Shown piece by piece: positions 1 to 9,758 of a stretch of DNA of 64,000 nucleotides. The notes beneath the pieces were generated by a model. It ran no database searches, was not told the DNA's origin, and saw only the letters and a list, made by a program, of their open reading frames with translations. The translations under genes were made by a program, and so were the position numbers. The DNA comes from Candidatus Latescibacterota bacterium (GTDB taxonomy: Bacteria; Latescibacterota; UBA2968; UBA8231), in assembly GCA_965200315.1 (NCBI GenBank), contig OZ241362.1:3008001-3072000 (forward strand), read 5' to 3'. How positions within the stretch are numbered: position 1 is the first letter of the stretch; every line of letters starts with the position of its first letter.

Positions 1-1175
1 GTGAGTCCGAAACCATCGCGTCGGTCTTGGTCGTCATCGCTGACGCTGGTTAGCCATAGAGCCTTAAGCGCGTCGAGATCGGCTGCACCATCAACAATAC
101 GGAACCAGTAGGTCGCGCCGGCACCGACGAGCTTGCGGGTGGGGCGGGGTTGTTGATTGGCGAGGTCCCAGCCGGAGTGGGGCTGCCAACGGTCCACCGC
201 TGCTGCACGTAATTGTAATTTCAGTTTCAGCGCGTTGGGCGGGCTGCCGGTCAGATTTGCATGGAGCCAACCCGGATGGTACCCGTTCGAGAAAATCCCC
301 GGGGTCAGTAGCGTCAGACAGAGGCCGCCGCTATCGCAGATATTGTCTAGCCAATCCTTCGGCGGGTCGGGCCATATTGCCTCGGGCTCTGGCTGTAAGG
401 CCGCCAAGCGTCGCTCGCCGCCCAAGTGAACTAGCGTTTCGTTCAATGCTTTCTCGCAGCGCACGAGGAGCCGCAGCCCGCCATGGGCACTGTCCGGCGC
501 GTCGAAGTCTAGACCCTCAGTCTGGAATAGCTTCCCGGCCTCTGCGGCACCTCCCGGACCAATAGCGACATGAGTGCGGCGATCTCCCGGTGGCGGCGTC
601 CAGCCGTTCTGGCAGAGTTGGGCGTGGGAAACGCTTCCGCCATTGCGGAATGTTATTAGATCGTTCCACGACCACCAAGCCGGCCCAGTGCCGGGTTTGC
701 CTTTAGCAGACTCGGTCAGTTGAACGGGCAGCAGGCCATCGGGCAGATCCGCACCGCCAACATCAAACGGCCGCGGCTCGGTACGCACACAACGCGCCAT
801 GTCGCCATGACCAAAATACAGGGCGTCGCTGGGTTTTGGTACTAAAACCTGATTGTCGCGATTGAGCAGCAGGGGACCGGCGACCCACAGTTGTGCAAGG
901 TCTGGGCCAAAAGGCATGCCTGTTGCTCGTGCCCAAGCCGTGCGCAGACATCCGGCCAAGGTTGAGGGCGGCGGAAAACGCGTCGGCTCGGCGACGGCAT
1001 GGGCAAAGGGCCGTCCGGATCCAACGATGATGGGCGCGAGCGGATCTAAACTCGCGACGGAGCTCAATTGACCAGATGCTTTTAGGCTCTGTTGTTCGCG
1101 TTCCACGCTCGTATGCTTGCGATTTTTGGACAGCGCGTTCTTTTGCCTTCTCTTCTTTTTGTTTCGAGGACTCAT
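1..1175 (-). CDS. cmr3: Type III-B CRISPR protein Cmr3 (partial, runs off window start; absent from the ORF track because its stop is outside the window)
   Basis: Manual translation from ATG at 1175 (ATGA overlap with the cmr2 stop): ...LDPLAPIIVGSGRPF...FPPPSTLAGCLRTAW...HLGGERRLA...LTLLTPGIF...SGWDLANQQPRPTRKLVGAGATYWF...RDGFGL. These are typical Cmr3 motifs, and the gene follows cmr2. Confidence 0.92.
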   Translation of the reverse strand, partial: MSPRNKKKRRQKNALSKNRKHTSVEREQQSLKASGQLSSVASLDPLAPIIVGSGRPFAHAVAEPTRFPPPSTLAGCLRTAWARATGMPFGPDLAQLWVAGPLLLNRDNQVLVPKPSDALYFGHGDMARCVRTEPRPFDVGGADLPDGLLPVQLTESAKGKPGTGPAWWSWNDLITFRNGGSVSHAQLCQNGWTPPPGDRRTHVAIGPGGAAEAGKLFQTEGLDFDAPDSAHGGLRLLVRCEKALNETLVHLGGERRLAALQPEPEAIWPDPPKDWLDNICDSGGLCLTLLTPGIFSNGYHPGWLHANLTGSPPNALKLKLQLRAAAVDRWQPHSGWDLANQQPRPTRKLVGAGATYWFRIVDGAADLDALKALWLTSVSDDDQDRRDGFGL

Positions 1176-3007
1176 GTGTGTTCTCCCAAGTCGCCTGCTG
1201 TGCGAGCCGAGAGCCAACGTGCGATAATCAAGGTATCCGCTAGTTCCTTTAGCGATTGTTCTTTCGCCCTCGCTAGGATCAGTTCTCGTAGATCATCGGG
1301 GATGTTTTTGCCACCCTCGCGGTGTGCTCGCTCAAGCATACGCTTTATTTCGGCAGCTCGCATGCCGTCTGCTATATCGCTGTTGTCTTGGCGAAGCCAA
1401 GCGAGGCGTAGGTCAATTCCGCGCAAATCGTAGGCGGCGCGGGTCGGCAACAAGGCGGCGCGGTATGCTTTGATAAACTGGGCAAGCGCGTCGTACGCTT
1501 TCGTGTTGCTCCACTGGGCTCGCCAGCTAATTTCCGCTCCAGAGCGAATGCCGAGTAGGATGGCAAGCGCGTTGCGCTGCGTACTTTCATCCGCTTCATC
1601 TCCCTTCGCCTGGTGTTCGGCTTTGTCGGCGCGGGCACGCAGCAATCCCAACGGGTCCATCAGATGGCCGATGCCAATGCCCACGGATAGAGTTGGACGC
1701 TCGTTTTCCGCAAGACCCATTTCCTCTGCGATTCCACTGAGCGCATTCTTGAAGGATTCGGCCAACGCACGCGAGCAGTCCAACGCATGCGCTAGCGGCA
1801 CCAGCGCGAGGACATCGTCGCCACCGGCATAGATGGCATGGCCCCGATGCTCGCGAACGATTTGACGTACGTTCGATGCAAACCCATGCAGTTTGAGGGA
1901 GATCTTCCGGGAGTGTTCTGCACTGTCGGCCTTTGAAAACAGAACGCCCATGCGGTCGCCATCGGCCTTCAAGATGACGGCGTAGGGTACGGGAGGGCTT
2001 GCCTTACTTTCTTGGGAAATCTGCTTGATGCAGCTCTTGAGTTCTTTAAGTGCCCCAACTGACTTGGGATCATCCGCAATTTGGGCCAATTCGTTGTCCA
2101 AGCGGAATTCGTATAGCATCTGCGCGTCGTATGGCAGCGCGTCGTATATCCCTTTGTTGCCGCTGACCCGCGTGGCGAGATCCAAGCCAACCAGAGGTTG
2201 ATCCAAGCCAACCAGAGGTTCGTACCTTTCGCTCAGCCGCCCCTGTTGCTCGCACGTGAGTTGCTCAATCCAAGAGTCCGCAGCAATGCGCGAGTACGCG
2301 GTGAACTGGTCCGAGTGGCCGGCCAAGCGTTTGATCACGCCGAGCGCGTCGAGCTGCTCGCCGGAGGACAAGCGGAGCTTGCGCCGCGCTCGATCTCCCT
2401 CTTTCCAGTCCGGCAATACGGTCTCGAGCGCACCGTCGAGGGATGACTTTGGCAATCCTTGGGTCTTCAGCTTCTCACAGGCGCGAAAGTCGCGCGTCGC
2501 CTTGCGGGCGGCCAGTACAGCACCGAGACGACAGCTAGCTTTTGCGTAGCCGTTGCTGTCCTCGGCGACTGGCACCCAAGCCGCGAATACTTCGAGGATG
2601 TCGTCGATCTGAGCGTCCCAAACGTCGTCCCGCATCGGTCTTTTCATCTTCTTCATCTCGCTCCGAACCTCTTCGCCGAGTTCCTTCAAACGCGAAATCG
2701 CTGCGTCCTTGGCCTTCGCGCAAAGAGCGCGAGCGGCTTTTGCGTCGCGTACCTCAATCTCTGCCCGCAGGACATTCACGATGTTGGCGGCATCTCCCGG
2801 GTCGTTCTGCGGCTTCAGGTCGGCGTCGGGATTGGATAGGCACGGAAAAATCAGGCAACCCGGCTGCTCGTTGTGCAAGGACCGAGCGGCGGCCCGCGCA
2901 GCCTCGGACAATAGCCAAGACCCGCACCACAAGTCGCGGGTGCGCCGGGCGGCTCCAATGAGGCTCTGCACTGGTCCCAGTGACAGCGTGATGAGAAAGC
3001 GTTCCAT
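1172..3007 (-). CDS. cas10: Type III-B Cas10/Cmr2 large subunit (short, no HD domain)
   Basis: N-terminal SLGPVQSLIGAARRTRDLWCGSWLLSE (Cmr2 N-terminal signature), Palm motifs ADGDRMG and YAGGDDVLA; about 611 aa. Confidence 0.95.
   Translation of the reverse strand: MERFLITLSLGPVQSLIGAARRTRDLWCGSWLLSEAARAAARSLHNEQPGCLIFPCLSNPDADLKPQNDPGDAANIVNVLRAEIEVRDAKAARALCAKAKDAAISRLKELGEEVRSEMKKMKRPMRDDVWDAQIDDILEVFAAWVPVAEDSNGYAKASCRLGAVLAARKATRDFRACEKLKTQGLPKSSLDGALETVLPDWKEGDRARRKLRLSSGEQLDALGVIKRLAGHSDQFTAYSRIAADSWIEQLTCEQQGRLSERYEPLVGLDQPLVGLDLATRVSGNKGIYDALPYDAQMLYEFRLDNELAQIADDPKSVGALKELKSCIKQISQESKASPPVPYAVILKADGDRMGVLFSKADSAEHSRKISLKLHGFASNVRQIVREHRGHAIYAGGDDVLALVPLAHALDCSRALAESFKNALSGIAEEMGLAENERPTLSVGIGIGHLMDPLGLLRARADKAEHQAKGDEADESTQRNALAILLGIRSGAEISWRAQWSNTKAYDALAQFIKAYRAALLPTRAAYDLRGIDLRLAWLRQDNSDIADGMRAAEIKRMLERAHREGGKNIPDDLRELILARAKEQSLKELADTLIIARWLSARTAGDLGEHT
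2180..2220. repeat. In-frame tandem duplication (21-bp period) inside cas10, PLVGLD-Q-PLVGLD
   Basis: ATCCAAGCCAACCAGAGGTT at 2180-2199 and 2201-2220. Confidence 0.9.
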
Positions 3008-3019
3008 CAAGGTCCTCCG

Positions 3020-4213
3020 CTATTGGTTGAAGTAGTTCATGAATGCTGATAGGGCGTCGGTGCCTTGATTGGCTATTGGCGAGACCTGCTTTGCCAGTTC
3101 CGAGCGCTCAGTACCGTCCCTTGGCCATGCTGCTCCTTGTGAATTCTTGTCAAAACGCACGGATACGCTCACACGCTCTTCCCAGCCGGGCAGCAACAGC
3201 GCAAGGGGACGATACTGCGTTCCATCGAAATAGGGCCGCAAAATCAGCGGGCTGGCCATGCGGTCGCTGGCGGGGACATCGGGGACATCGGGTTCAAGGA
3301 TATAGTCGGGCGGGTCTCCATGATCTTTGAAGTGGAACACGATGGGCAGCCCGAACGCGGCACGCGGAAATGCCTTTTCCACCGGATGTTTCGGGGATAA
3401 TTTCTGTGCATGTTGTCTGGCTAGGCGTCGGATCGCGTCAGGCTCCGGCCAGAGGCTGCGTCCTACACTTTTTCCCTGACGGAAGTCTTTCAGCGCATCA
3501 ACAGCGGCCCTCCACGCATTCGTCGCCGTATCTGCGGACGGCTTGAGAACCATCCGGCCACCCTTCGATTGGACCTCTTTGGCGTCCACGGGATTCAGCG
3601 CGAGATCGCTGCTAGTCGCCTCGACGGCTCCTAATCCGCGCCGCGTCCGCGCACCCACGCCGCCAAAGCTGGCCCACCAGCGCAAAGCCTCAACGACTTG
3701 GTCGTGTTGCGATTGATTTACCATCGAATTAAAACTCAGCACCAACTCGAACTCATATCCCGCGTCTAGAAGCATAGGATTTTCTCCCTGTTCCAGTATT
3801 AGCACATAGTCGAATTTCCTCCGAATGGGATTGCGACCAGCGGGATCGCGACTGCTGATCAAGTTGTTGGGAGTGCCCGGAACGGCCTTGACCTGTAACG
3901 TCACTTGGCTGGCTTTAGGCCCGGTGCTGGAAATGCCGCCCCATAGCTCACACTCAGTACTGAACAGTTCTTTTGAGGTGGGATGTTTGGCACCATTGAG
4001 CAAACGCCACCAGAAGCGTAGCTGGCCGCGCAGGGCACTGGCGCGTATGGGCATTTTGCGATCAACCTCGCCGGCCGTCACGCCGCCGCCATACATGGGC
4101 GTAATTAGCTCACAGCATACGGTTTTCTGTGTGGGCGTGGGCGCGGACCGTGACGTCTCATTCCACGCTGCTTGGGCCGCTGTCGGGCACAGTGTCGCGT
4201 GCGGCTTCCTCAT
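3020..4213 (-). CDS. cmr1: Type III-B CRISPR RAMP Cmr1
   Basis: ELITPMYGGG, IRASALRGQLRFWWR, G-rich loop FGGVGARTRRGLG, RAAFGLPIVFHF, RMASPLILRP. Confidence 0.95.
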   Translation of the reverse strand: MRKPHATLCPTAAQAAWNETSRSAPTPTQKTVCCELITPMYGGGVTAGEVDRKMPIRASALRGQLRFWWRLLNGAKHPTSKELFSTECELWGGISSTGPKASQVTLQVKAVPGTPNNLISSRDPAGRNPIRRKFDYVLILEQGENPMLLDAGYEFELVLSFNSMVNQSQHDQVVEALRWWASFGGVGARTRRGLGAVEATSSDLALNPVDAKEVQSKGGRMVLKPSADTATNAWRAAVDALKDFRQGKSVGRSLWPEPDAIRRLARQHAQKLSPKHPVEKAFPRAAFGLPIVFHFKDHGDPPDYILEPDVPDVPASDRMASPLILRPYFDGTQYRPLALLLPGWEERVSVSVRFDKNSQGAAWPRDGTERSELAKQVSPIANQGTDALSAFMNYFNQ

Positions 4214-4269
4214 GTCGGGACTCCTTGTTGGCTAGTGCTGGAACTCCTCGTCTAATGCAGTCTCAGGCT

Positions 4270-4298
4270 AGAATAGCCCCTGTTAGGACGGCTGTCAA
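4270..4298 (-). promoter_or_regulatory. Sigma70-like promoter of the cmr operon
   Basis: Minus strand TTGACA-17 bp-TATTCT about 60 bp upstream of the cmr1 ATG; AAGGAG RBS. Confidence 0.65.
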
Positions 4299-4379
4299 TG
4301 GGGTTCGTCGCACCCTTGTTGACACGGTTTAACGCCAACTTTTCCTTCGCTTGAGACCTTAACGAAGAGAGGAAGAAAC

Positions 4380-7300
4380 ATGAGCAGACGAGCTTGTGGG
4401 GCCTTGCTGGCGTTGTTGTCGTTCGCGTTTGCGGCGTTTGCCAGCGATGTCGATTGGCCGTATTACGCCGCCGACCAGGGCGGCACCCGCTACACCTCCG
4501 CCGATCAGATCAACCGCGACAATTTCGATCAGTTGCGCGTGATCTGGCGCTACCGGCCTCGCGACCAGCAGATCTACGAGACAGCGAGAGCTAACCGAAG
4601 TCGGGATCGGGGCCGAGGTCGGGGCGATCGGCGGCGCGGTGGCCTCAGCTTCGACAACAATCGCGGCACGCCGCTCGCCGTCAAGGGCGTGCTCTACTAC
4701 GGATCGCCGTACAACATCCTCTCGGCTGTCGACGGCCAAAGCGGCGAGGAGTTGTGGGCGTTCGACCCGGAATCTTGGAAGGCCAGTTCCACGTTCGTGG
4801 GCAATTCGCGTGGGGTGAGCTATTGGACCGATGGCGAGGTTGAGCGGGTGTTTTTGGCGACATCAACCGCCTATCTGTACTCCATTGACGCCAAGACCGG
4901 CCTGCCCGACCCCAATTTTGGCGAGGATGGCCGCGTCGATTTGGGGGCCTTGCTGCGTCGGCCGCTGAGTGAAGAGGAGCGCAGGGGCTACGGAGTTACG
5001 GCTCCGCCCGTAGTCTGCCGCGACGTGGTCGCTGTTGGCTCGGCGATCATGGATGTGCGCTTCAGGCCGCCGCCCGAGTACATGCCTCCGGGCGACGTGC
5101 AGGCCTTCGACGTGCGCACCGGCGAAAAAGTGTGGGAATTCCACACGATTCCGCAGGAGGGCGAGTACGGCAACGAGACGTGGGAAAGCGATGCGTGGGA
5201 AAAGTACGGCGCGGCCAATGTGTGGGCGACGATGACGGCCGACGAGGAGTTGGGCTATCTCTACCTGCCGGTGAGCACGGCCAGCCACGACTACTATGGA
5301 GGCGAGCGTCCCGGCGACAACCTGTTCAGCGAGTCGGTCGTGTGTCTGAAGGCCGAGACTGGGGAGCGGGTGTGGCACTATCAGTTGGTTCACCACGGCC
5401 TGTGGGACTACGACCCACCGGCCGCTCCTCTTCTATTGGATGTGGTCGTTGATGGCCAACCGCGCAAGATCGTCGCCCAGCTAACCAAACAGGCCTTTTG
5501 CTTTGTCTTTGACCGCGTGACCGGCGAGCCGATCTGGCCGATCGAGGAAAAGCCGGTGCCGCAGTCGCAGGTAGCGTGGGAAAAAACCTCGCCGACGCAG
5601 CCTTTTCCAACCAAGCCAGCTCCTTTTGAGCGCCAGGGTATCAGCGAGGATGATCTCATTGATTTCACACCTGAGTTGCGCGAGGAAGCCAAAGCCCTTC
5701 TCGCCCGGTACGACTACGGCCCGCTCTACACGCCGCCGACCGAGAAGGGCGTCTTGTTGGTTCCCGGCCAGGCCGGCGGAGCCGACTGGGCTGGGGGCGC
5801 GGCGGATCCGCGCACGGGTGTGCTCTACGTGCCGTCGCACATGGCCATCACCAACGTGGAGCTGCGGCCGGTGCGCGACCTAGAGGCTTATTCGGCATTT
5901 TCTGCCCGCGCCGGCCAGCACATCCGCGGCCCTCGGGGCCTGCCGCTGGTCAAGCCCCCGTACGGCAGCATCACGGCCATTGACCTCAACAGCGGCGAGC
6001 ATCTGTGGCAGAAAGCAGTGGGCAAGGGGCCGGTCGATCACCCGGCGCTCAAGGGCCTCGACGACTCGACTGAGCTCGCCAAAGACCTGCCAGATATGGG
6101 CTGGGACAACCGCACCTTCGTCTTGGCCACGCCGAACCTCCTGTTGGCTACTTCCGAGGACCCGCACGGCCTTGCCGACGCTGGCAGGGACTACTTCGTC
6201 GATCGCGACGCGTACCTGCGAGCCTACGATTTGGCGTCGGGCGAGGAGATCGGCCGCGTCGAGATGCCCAGCAATGCCTACGGTGCGCCGATGAGCTATG
6301 TGGCCGGTGGCCGCCAATACGTGGTCGTGCCGTTGGGCAACCGTCTAGGCCGGTCCGGGCGTCCGCCCGAGCTAGTGGCGCTGGCCATTCCGCACGAGGG
6401 AGAAGAACTGCCGCCCCAAGGACGCGACCGCAGCGACGCCGACCACAAAGCCTTTTACAAGGCTGTAGAGGCCATGGACGCTGGAGGCAGCGAGACGCTA
6501 CAGAAGCTACTCACTGAGTACCCCAAGCTAGCGACGGCGCGCGGCTATTTCGACGAGTACTACGAATACCCCTATTTTCGCGGGGCCACGCTCTTGCACC
6601 ATCTCGCTGGCGAGCCGCAACGAGTGCCGCTGCCCGAAAACGCGGTTGAGCTAGCCACTGCCCTGATCTCAGCCGGTGCCGACCCGAACGCCGCCACGTA
6701 CGACTCGCTTAGCGTGCTGGATATGTTCATAGAAAGCGATCAGCTCGAATGGACTGAGAGCAAGCCCGAAATGATCCAACTCCTAGTGACCAACGGCGTG
6801 GATGTGAACCGCGACCGGGGGCAAATTTTATGGAACGCGCTTAGGGAGCGGGACTTGGAGCTGGCGCGCATGTTGGTCGCCGAGGGGGCGGCCGTAGATT
6901 TGCGCTTTGCCGCTGCGGTCAATCGCGTTGATCTGATGGCCGAATTCTTCGACGCTGATGGCCAGCTAAAAGAGGGGGTCGGTCATCTGTACCATCCCGA
7001 CCCGGATACCGTGCTTACCGCCGAGCAGATTATGGTAGAAGCGCTCAATTTTGCGGCCTATAGTGGCTCATTGGAAGCAGCGGAGTTTTTGCTGGATCGC
7101 GGTGTGGATATCAACGGGGTTGCCAGTGGGTTTAGCCGGTTCGACCGCGGTAGCACACCCCTGCACAAAACCGTCCTGACCGACCAGCTTGAGATTGCCC
7201 AGTTGCTCTTGGCGCGGGGTGCCGATCCCCTGTTGGGGGACCGGCGTTTTGACGTCCCGCCTTATGGGTGGGCCAATTTTATGAATACCTCTGAGGCCCT

Positions 7301-7409
7301 TGAAGAGTTGCTCAGAGAGCACTATGAGGCCGCCTCCGGGGAGACAGACGCAGACTCCAGCGCCGCTCCTCCGTGGATGCGCCGGAGAAACCGCGGAGGA
7401 GCGCGATAA
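4380..7409 (+). CDS. PQQ-dependent (quinoprotein glucose-type) dehydrogenase fused to C-terminal ankyrin repeats
   Basis: Signal peptide; DWPYYAADQGGTRY, GAANVW, HHGLWDYD, KPPYGSITAIDL and GRQYVV motifs; C-terminal ATLLHHLA and GSTPLHKTV...LLLARGADP ankyrin-like repeats. Confidence 0.88.
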   Translation: MSRRACGALLALLSFAFAAFASDVDWPYYAADQGGTRYTSADQINRDNFDQLRVIWRYRPRDQQIYETARANRSRDRGRGRGDRRRGGLSFDNNRGTPLAVKGVLYYGSPYNILSAVDGQSGEELWAFDPESWKASSTFVGNSRGVSYWTDGEVERVFLATSTAYLYSIDAKTGLPDPNFGEDGRVDLGALLRRPLSEEERRGYGVTAPPVVCRDVVAVGSAIMDVRFRPPPEYMPPGDVQAFDVRTGEKVWEFHTIPQEGEYGNETWESDAWEKYGAANVWATMTADEELGYLYLPVSTASHDYYGGERPGDNLFSESVVCLKAETGERVWHYQLVHHGLWDYDPPAAPLLLDVVVDGQPRKIVAQLTKQAFCFVFDRVTGEPIWPIEEKPVPQSQVAWEKTSPTQPFPTKPAPFERQGISEDDLIDFTPELREEAKALLARYDYGPLYTPPTEKGVLLVPGQAGGADWAGGAADPRTGVLYVPSHMAITNVELRPVRDLEAYSAFSARAGQHIRGPRGLPLVKPPYGSITAIDLNSGEHLWQKAVGKGPVDHPALKGLDDSTELAKDLPDMGWDNRTFVLATPNLLLATSEDPHGLADAGRDYFVDRDAYLRAYDLASGEEIGRVEMPSNAYGAPMSYVAGGRQYVVVPLGNRLGRSGRPPELVALAIPHEGEELPPQGRDRSDADHKAFYKAVEAMDAGGSETLQKLLTEYPKLATARGYFDEYYEYPYFRGATLLHHLAGEPQRVPLPENAVELATALISAGADPNAATYDSLSVLDMFIESDQLEWTESKPEMIQLLVTNGVDVNRDRGQILWNALRERDLELARMLVAEGAAVDLRFAAAVNRVDLMAEFFDADGQLKEGVGHLYHPDPDTVLTAEQIMVEALNFAAYSGSLEAAEFLLDRGVDINGVASGFSRFDRGSTPLHKTVLTDQLEIAQLLLARGADPLLGDRRFDVPPYGWANFMNTSEALEELLREHYEAASGETDADSSAAPPWMRRRNRGGAR
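6063..6086 (+). repeat. 24-bp palindromic element inserted in frame (DSTELAKD)
   Basis: GACTCGACTGAGCTCGCCAAAGAC is near-identical to the reverse complement of 22609-22632. Confidence 0.75.
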
Positions 7410-7415
7410 AGCATC

Positions 7416-8624
7416 ATGGGCCAAAAGACAGAACCGTTCGATGAAAGGCTGCGCGAGTTGTTCGGCGCGGACGCCCGCAGCGAGGGGCCGCTGGCCGCCA
7501 GCGGTGCCGGGCGACGCTTCACGGGTATCGATCTGTGTCGCCCGCTCAATCCCGAGCAGGTCGCTTTTTTGCTGGCCGCCCTGAGCCAGTTTCGCATCGT
7601 CAGCATCGCCGGACAGGATTTGGAAGCCTTTTCTCTAGCCCACTTTGAGCGCTTCGCCAACCACTGGGGCGCGCCAGTGCCGCACCCCAACAACTTCATG
7701 CGCGGGGGTAAACCGGCCCAGCAAGATGGCGACAGCGACGGCCCTTTTGAATTGATTCCCTTTGAGCGTCGCACGGCCGCCGCGGTCAACGCCGCCTTCC
7801 CCGGCCAACTGCAATGCCTCCCTCACGAGTCGCCCGCGGTGCTGGTCGTGTCCAACTTTCGGGGAGAACGTAGTGCTGCACCTGTCGGAGTGACGCAGGG
7901 CGGCTCGTGGCACACGGACATTGAGTACGAGCCATGGCCGATCTACGTCTCGATGTTCCTCGCCCACAAGTCGCCGGTGGCGCGCGATGCCCCGGGCGGC
8001 AATTGGGTGCAGGCACCTGAGGATGGCAAGGCCCATCCGTACTACGAAGGATCGGACCGCGAACTCATGCAGCTACGCAAGCGCCTGCCGCTGAACGGCG
8101 AGACGGCCTTTGCCGACACGGCCGCGGCCTTCGCGGCGCTGCCGCCGACAGAGCAAGCGGCTCTGGAGCAAGTTCAGCTACGGCGGCGGTTGAACGAAGG
8201 CGACGCAGGCTGGCTCGCCCCGCTGGTGCGCACCAACCCGCGTTCTGGCATCAAGTCCCTGCACAGTCCAATTTGGGCGTCGCGGCCACAGGTGCGGCCG
8301 GTGGTTGAGGTGGAAGGGATGTCCGCGGAAGCATCGCGCGCGTTTCTCGACCGGCTCGAAGCACACGTGCTACAGCCGCAGTTCCGCTACGACCACCCGC
8401 ACGCGCCGGGTGATGTGACGCTGTGGGACAACTACATGACCCTGCACAATTCGCCGCCGATCAAGTCGAATATCAACTCGCTCGACGATGCTCGGCTGCT
8501 GTACCGCTTGAGTTGCAAAGGGGCGCCAGCCCTGTCGCTGCCACGACGCGATGAGCCGGAGTGGCTCGCCGCTCACATCCCCGGTGGCTATGCTACGCCC
8601 CCGGAGATCATCGATCTCGCATAA
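7416..8624 (+). CDS. TauD/TfdA family Fe(II)/2-oxoglutarate dioxygenase
   Basis: WHTD (HxD), GETAFADT, GDVTLWDNYMTLH, RLLYR. Confidence 0.88.
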   Translation: MGQKTEPFDERLRELFGADARSEGPLAASGAGRRFTGIDLCRPLNPEQVAFLLAALSQFRIVSIAGQDLEAFSLAHFERFANHWGAPVPHPNNFMRGGKPAQQDGDSDGPFELIPFERRTAAAVNAAFPGQLQCLPHESPAVLVVSNFRGERSAAPVGVTQGGSWHTDIEYEPWPIYVSMFLAHKSPVARDAPGGNWVQAPEDGKAHPYYEGSDRELMQLRKRLPLNGETAFADTAAAFAALPPTEQAALEQVQLRRRLNEGDAGWLAPLVRTNPRSGIKSLHSPIWASRPQVRPVVEVEGMSAEASRAFLDRLEAHVLQPQFRYDHPHAPGDVTLWDNYMTLHNSPPIKSNINSLDDARLLYRLSCKGAPALSLPRRDEPEWLAAHIPGGYATPPEIIDLA

Positions 8625-8648
8625 GATTTTAACGCCGCTGGCCTAGGT

Positions 8649-9602
8649 TCAGTCTAGGTTGGCCTCGACGATTTCGGCATGAACTTGGAAGATATGGCTG
8701 TCGGCTGGATCGACGATCACCCGCAGATAGTGGATGTCGGGCGTACCAAAGGGTTCGATGCGCGTGAAGCGCGTCAAGCGCTGGCCCGTGGCCGCTTGGC
8801 GCAGCGGCTTGTCCACGCGGAAATAGTGGGAGTCGCCGTGGGCTAGGGCCACCGGCCGGCCAAAGCGGACGACTTCTCGCTCTAGGGCCTGCAAAAAAGC
8901 CGCGTACGGCCCTTCCGGCTTGTCCTCCCTTTCTTCAAAGCGCGGATTGGCGTGGATGATGAGGAAGACGGCGCGATGATCCTGTTCCGCAGCTTGGGCG
9001 AATGTTTCGCGCATCCAAGCAATGGCGGCGGCGGTGCGACGTTTGACTTCCTCGTCGTTGGCCCGCGTGCGGCCCTTAAACTTGGCGGTGGCATTGCGAC
9101 TGCCGACGATGTGCAGCACGGCAAAGCTCGTCCGCCCGTGGGTCCAGCGCACGTGCTCGGGGAAGGTGCCCACTTGGGTGTCGACGCGCATGGGTTGCCG
9201 CCCCAGAGTCCAACCCGGACGCGAAAAAAAGAGTGCCCGTACGTGCGCCAGCCGGTCCAATGGCTGGTATCCGCTCCGGTGGCAGTCGGTCCAATCGTTA
9301 TCGCCCGGAGCCAAAATAAAAGGGCGTTCAAATTGCTGGAACCACTCGAAGCGGCTCTGTAGCAGGCCATCGCTACAGGGGTTGCTGCCGCCCTTGATAT
9401 CGCCCACGTGGATGACCCATTCCAAGCCCTCGGCCCGATTGATTTCCTCGACGAGCCGACCAAAGCGGACGCTGTCGGTCGGAGAGTACGGCATATCCCC
9501 GATCAGGGCGAAGGCGAAGGGGCCATCGGCGGGTGGGTTTTGGGCGCTGGCGACGTCTAGCAGCGCGACGATTAGGGATAGACTCAGAAGATACCGGGCC
9601 AT
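8649..9602 (-). CDS. Secreted calcineurin-like metallophosphoesterase
   Basis: Signal peptide from ATG 9602 (GGAGG RBS); LIGDMPY, HVGDIK, PGDNDWTDC, HGDSH. Confidence 0.85.
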   Translation of the reverse strand: MARYLLSLSLIVALLDVASAQNPPADGPFAFALIGDMPYSPTDSVRFGRLVEEINRAEGLEWVIHVGDIKGGSNPCSDGLLQSRFEWFQQFERPFILAPGDNDWTDCHRSGYQPLDRLAHVRALFFSRPGWTLGRQPMRVDTQVGTFPEHVRWTHGRTSFAVLHIVGSRNATAKFKGRTRANDEEVKRRTAAAIAWMRETFAQAAEQDHRAVFLIIHANPRFEEREDKPEGPYAAFLQALEREVVRFGRPVALAHGDSHYFRVDKPLRQAATGQRLTRFTRIEPFGTPDIHYLRVIVDPADSHIFQVHAEIVEANLD

Positions 9603-9758
9603 ACATTTCCTCCAGATAGTTGCAGCGAGCCGCTTGATGTTGGTTTTCTTAGGCGTAAGCGAACTAAAAAATAAAGGTAGTTTTGGTAACAATGTTAAGG
9701 AGCGGCTGTTCCACCTGATTAGCAAAATCGACCACTTTCAAGGAAAGACCGCAAAGCC

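Noticed and set aside
157-1071. Short ORFs listed in the track
   Set aside because: Shadows of the unlisted cmr3 frame
4214-4379. Possible CRISPR array or leader beside cmr1
   Set aside because: No repeat-spacer periodicity here, and none was seen elsewhere in the window
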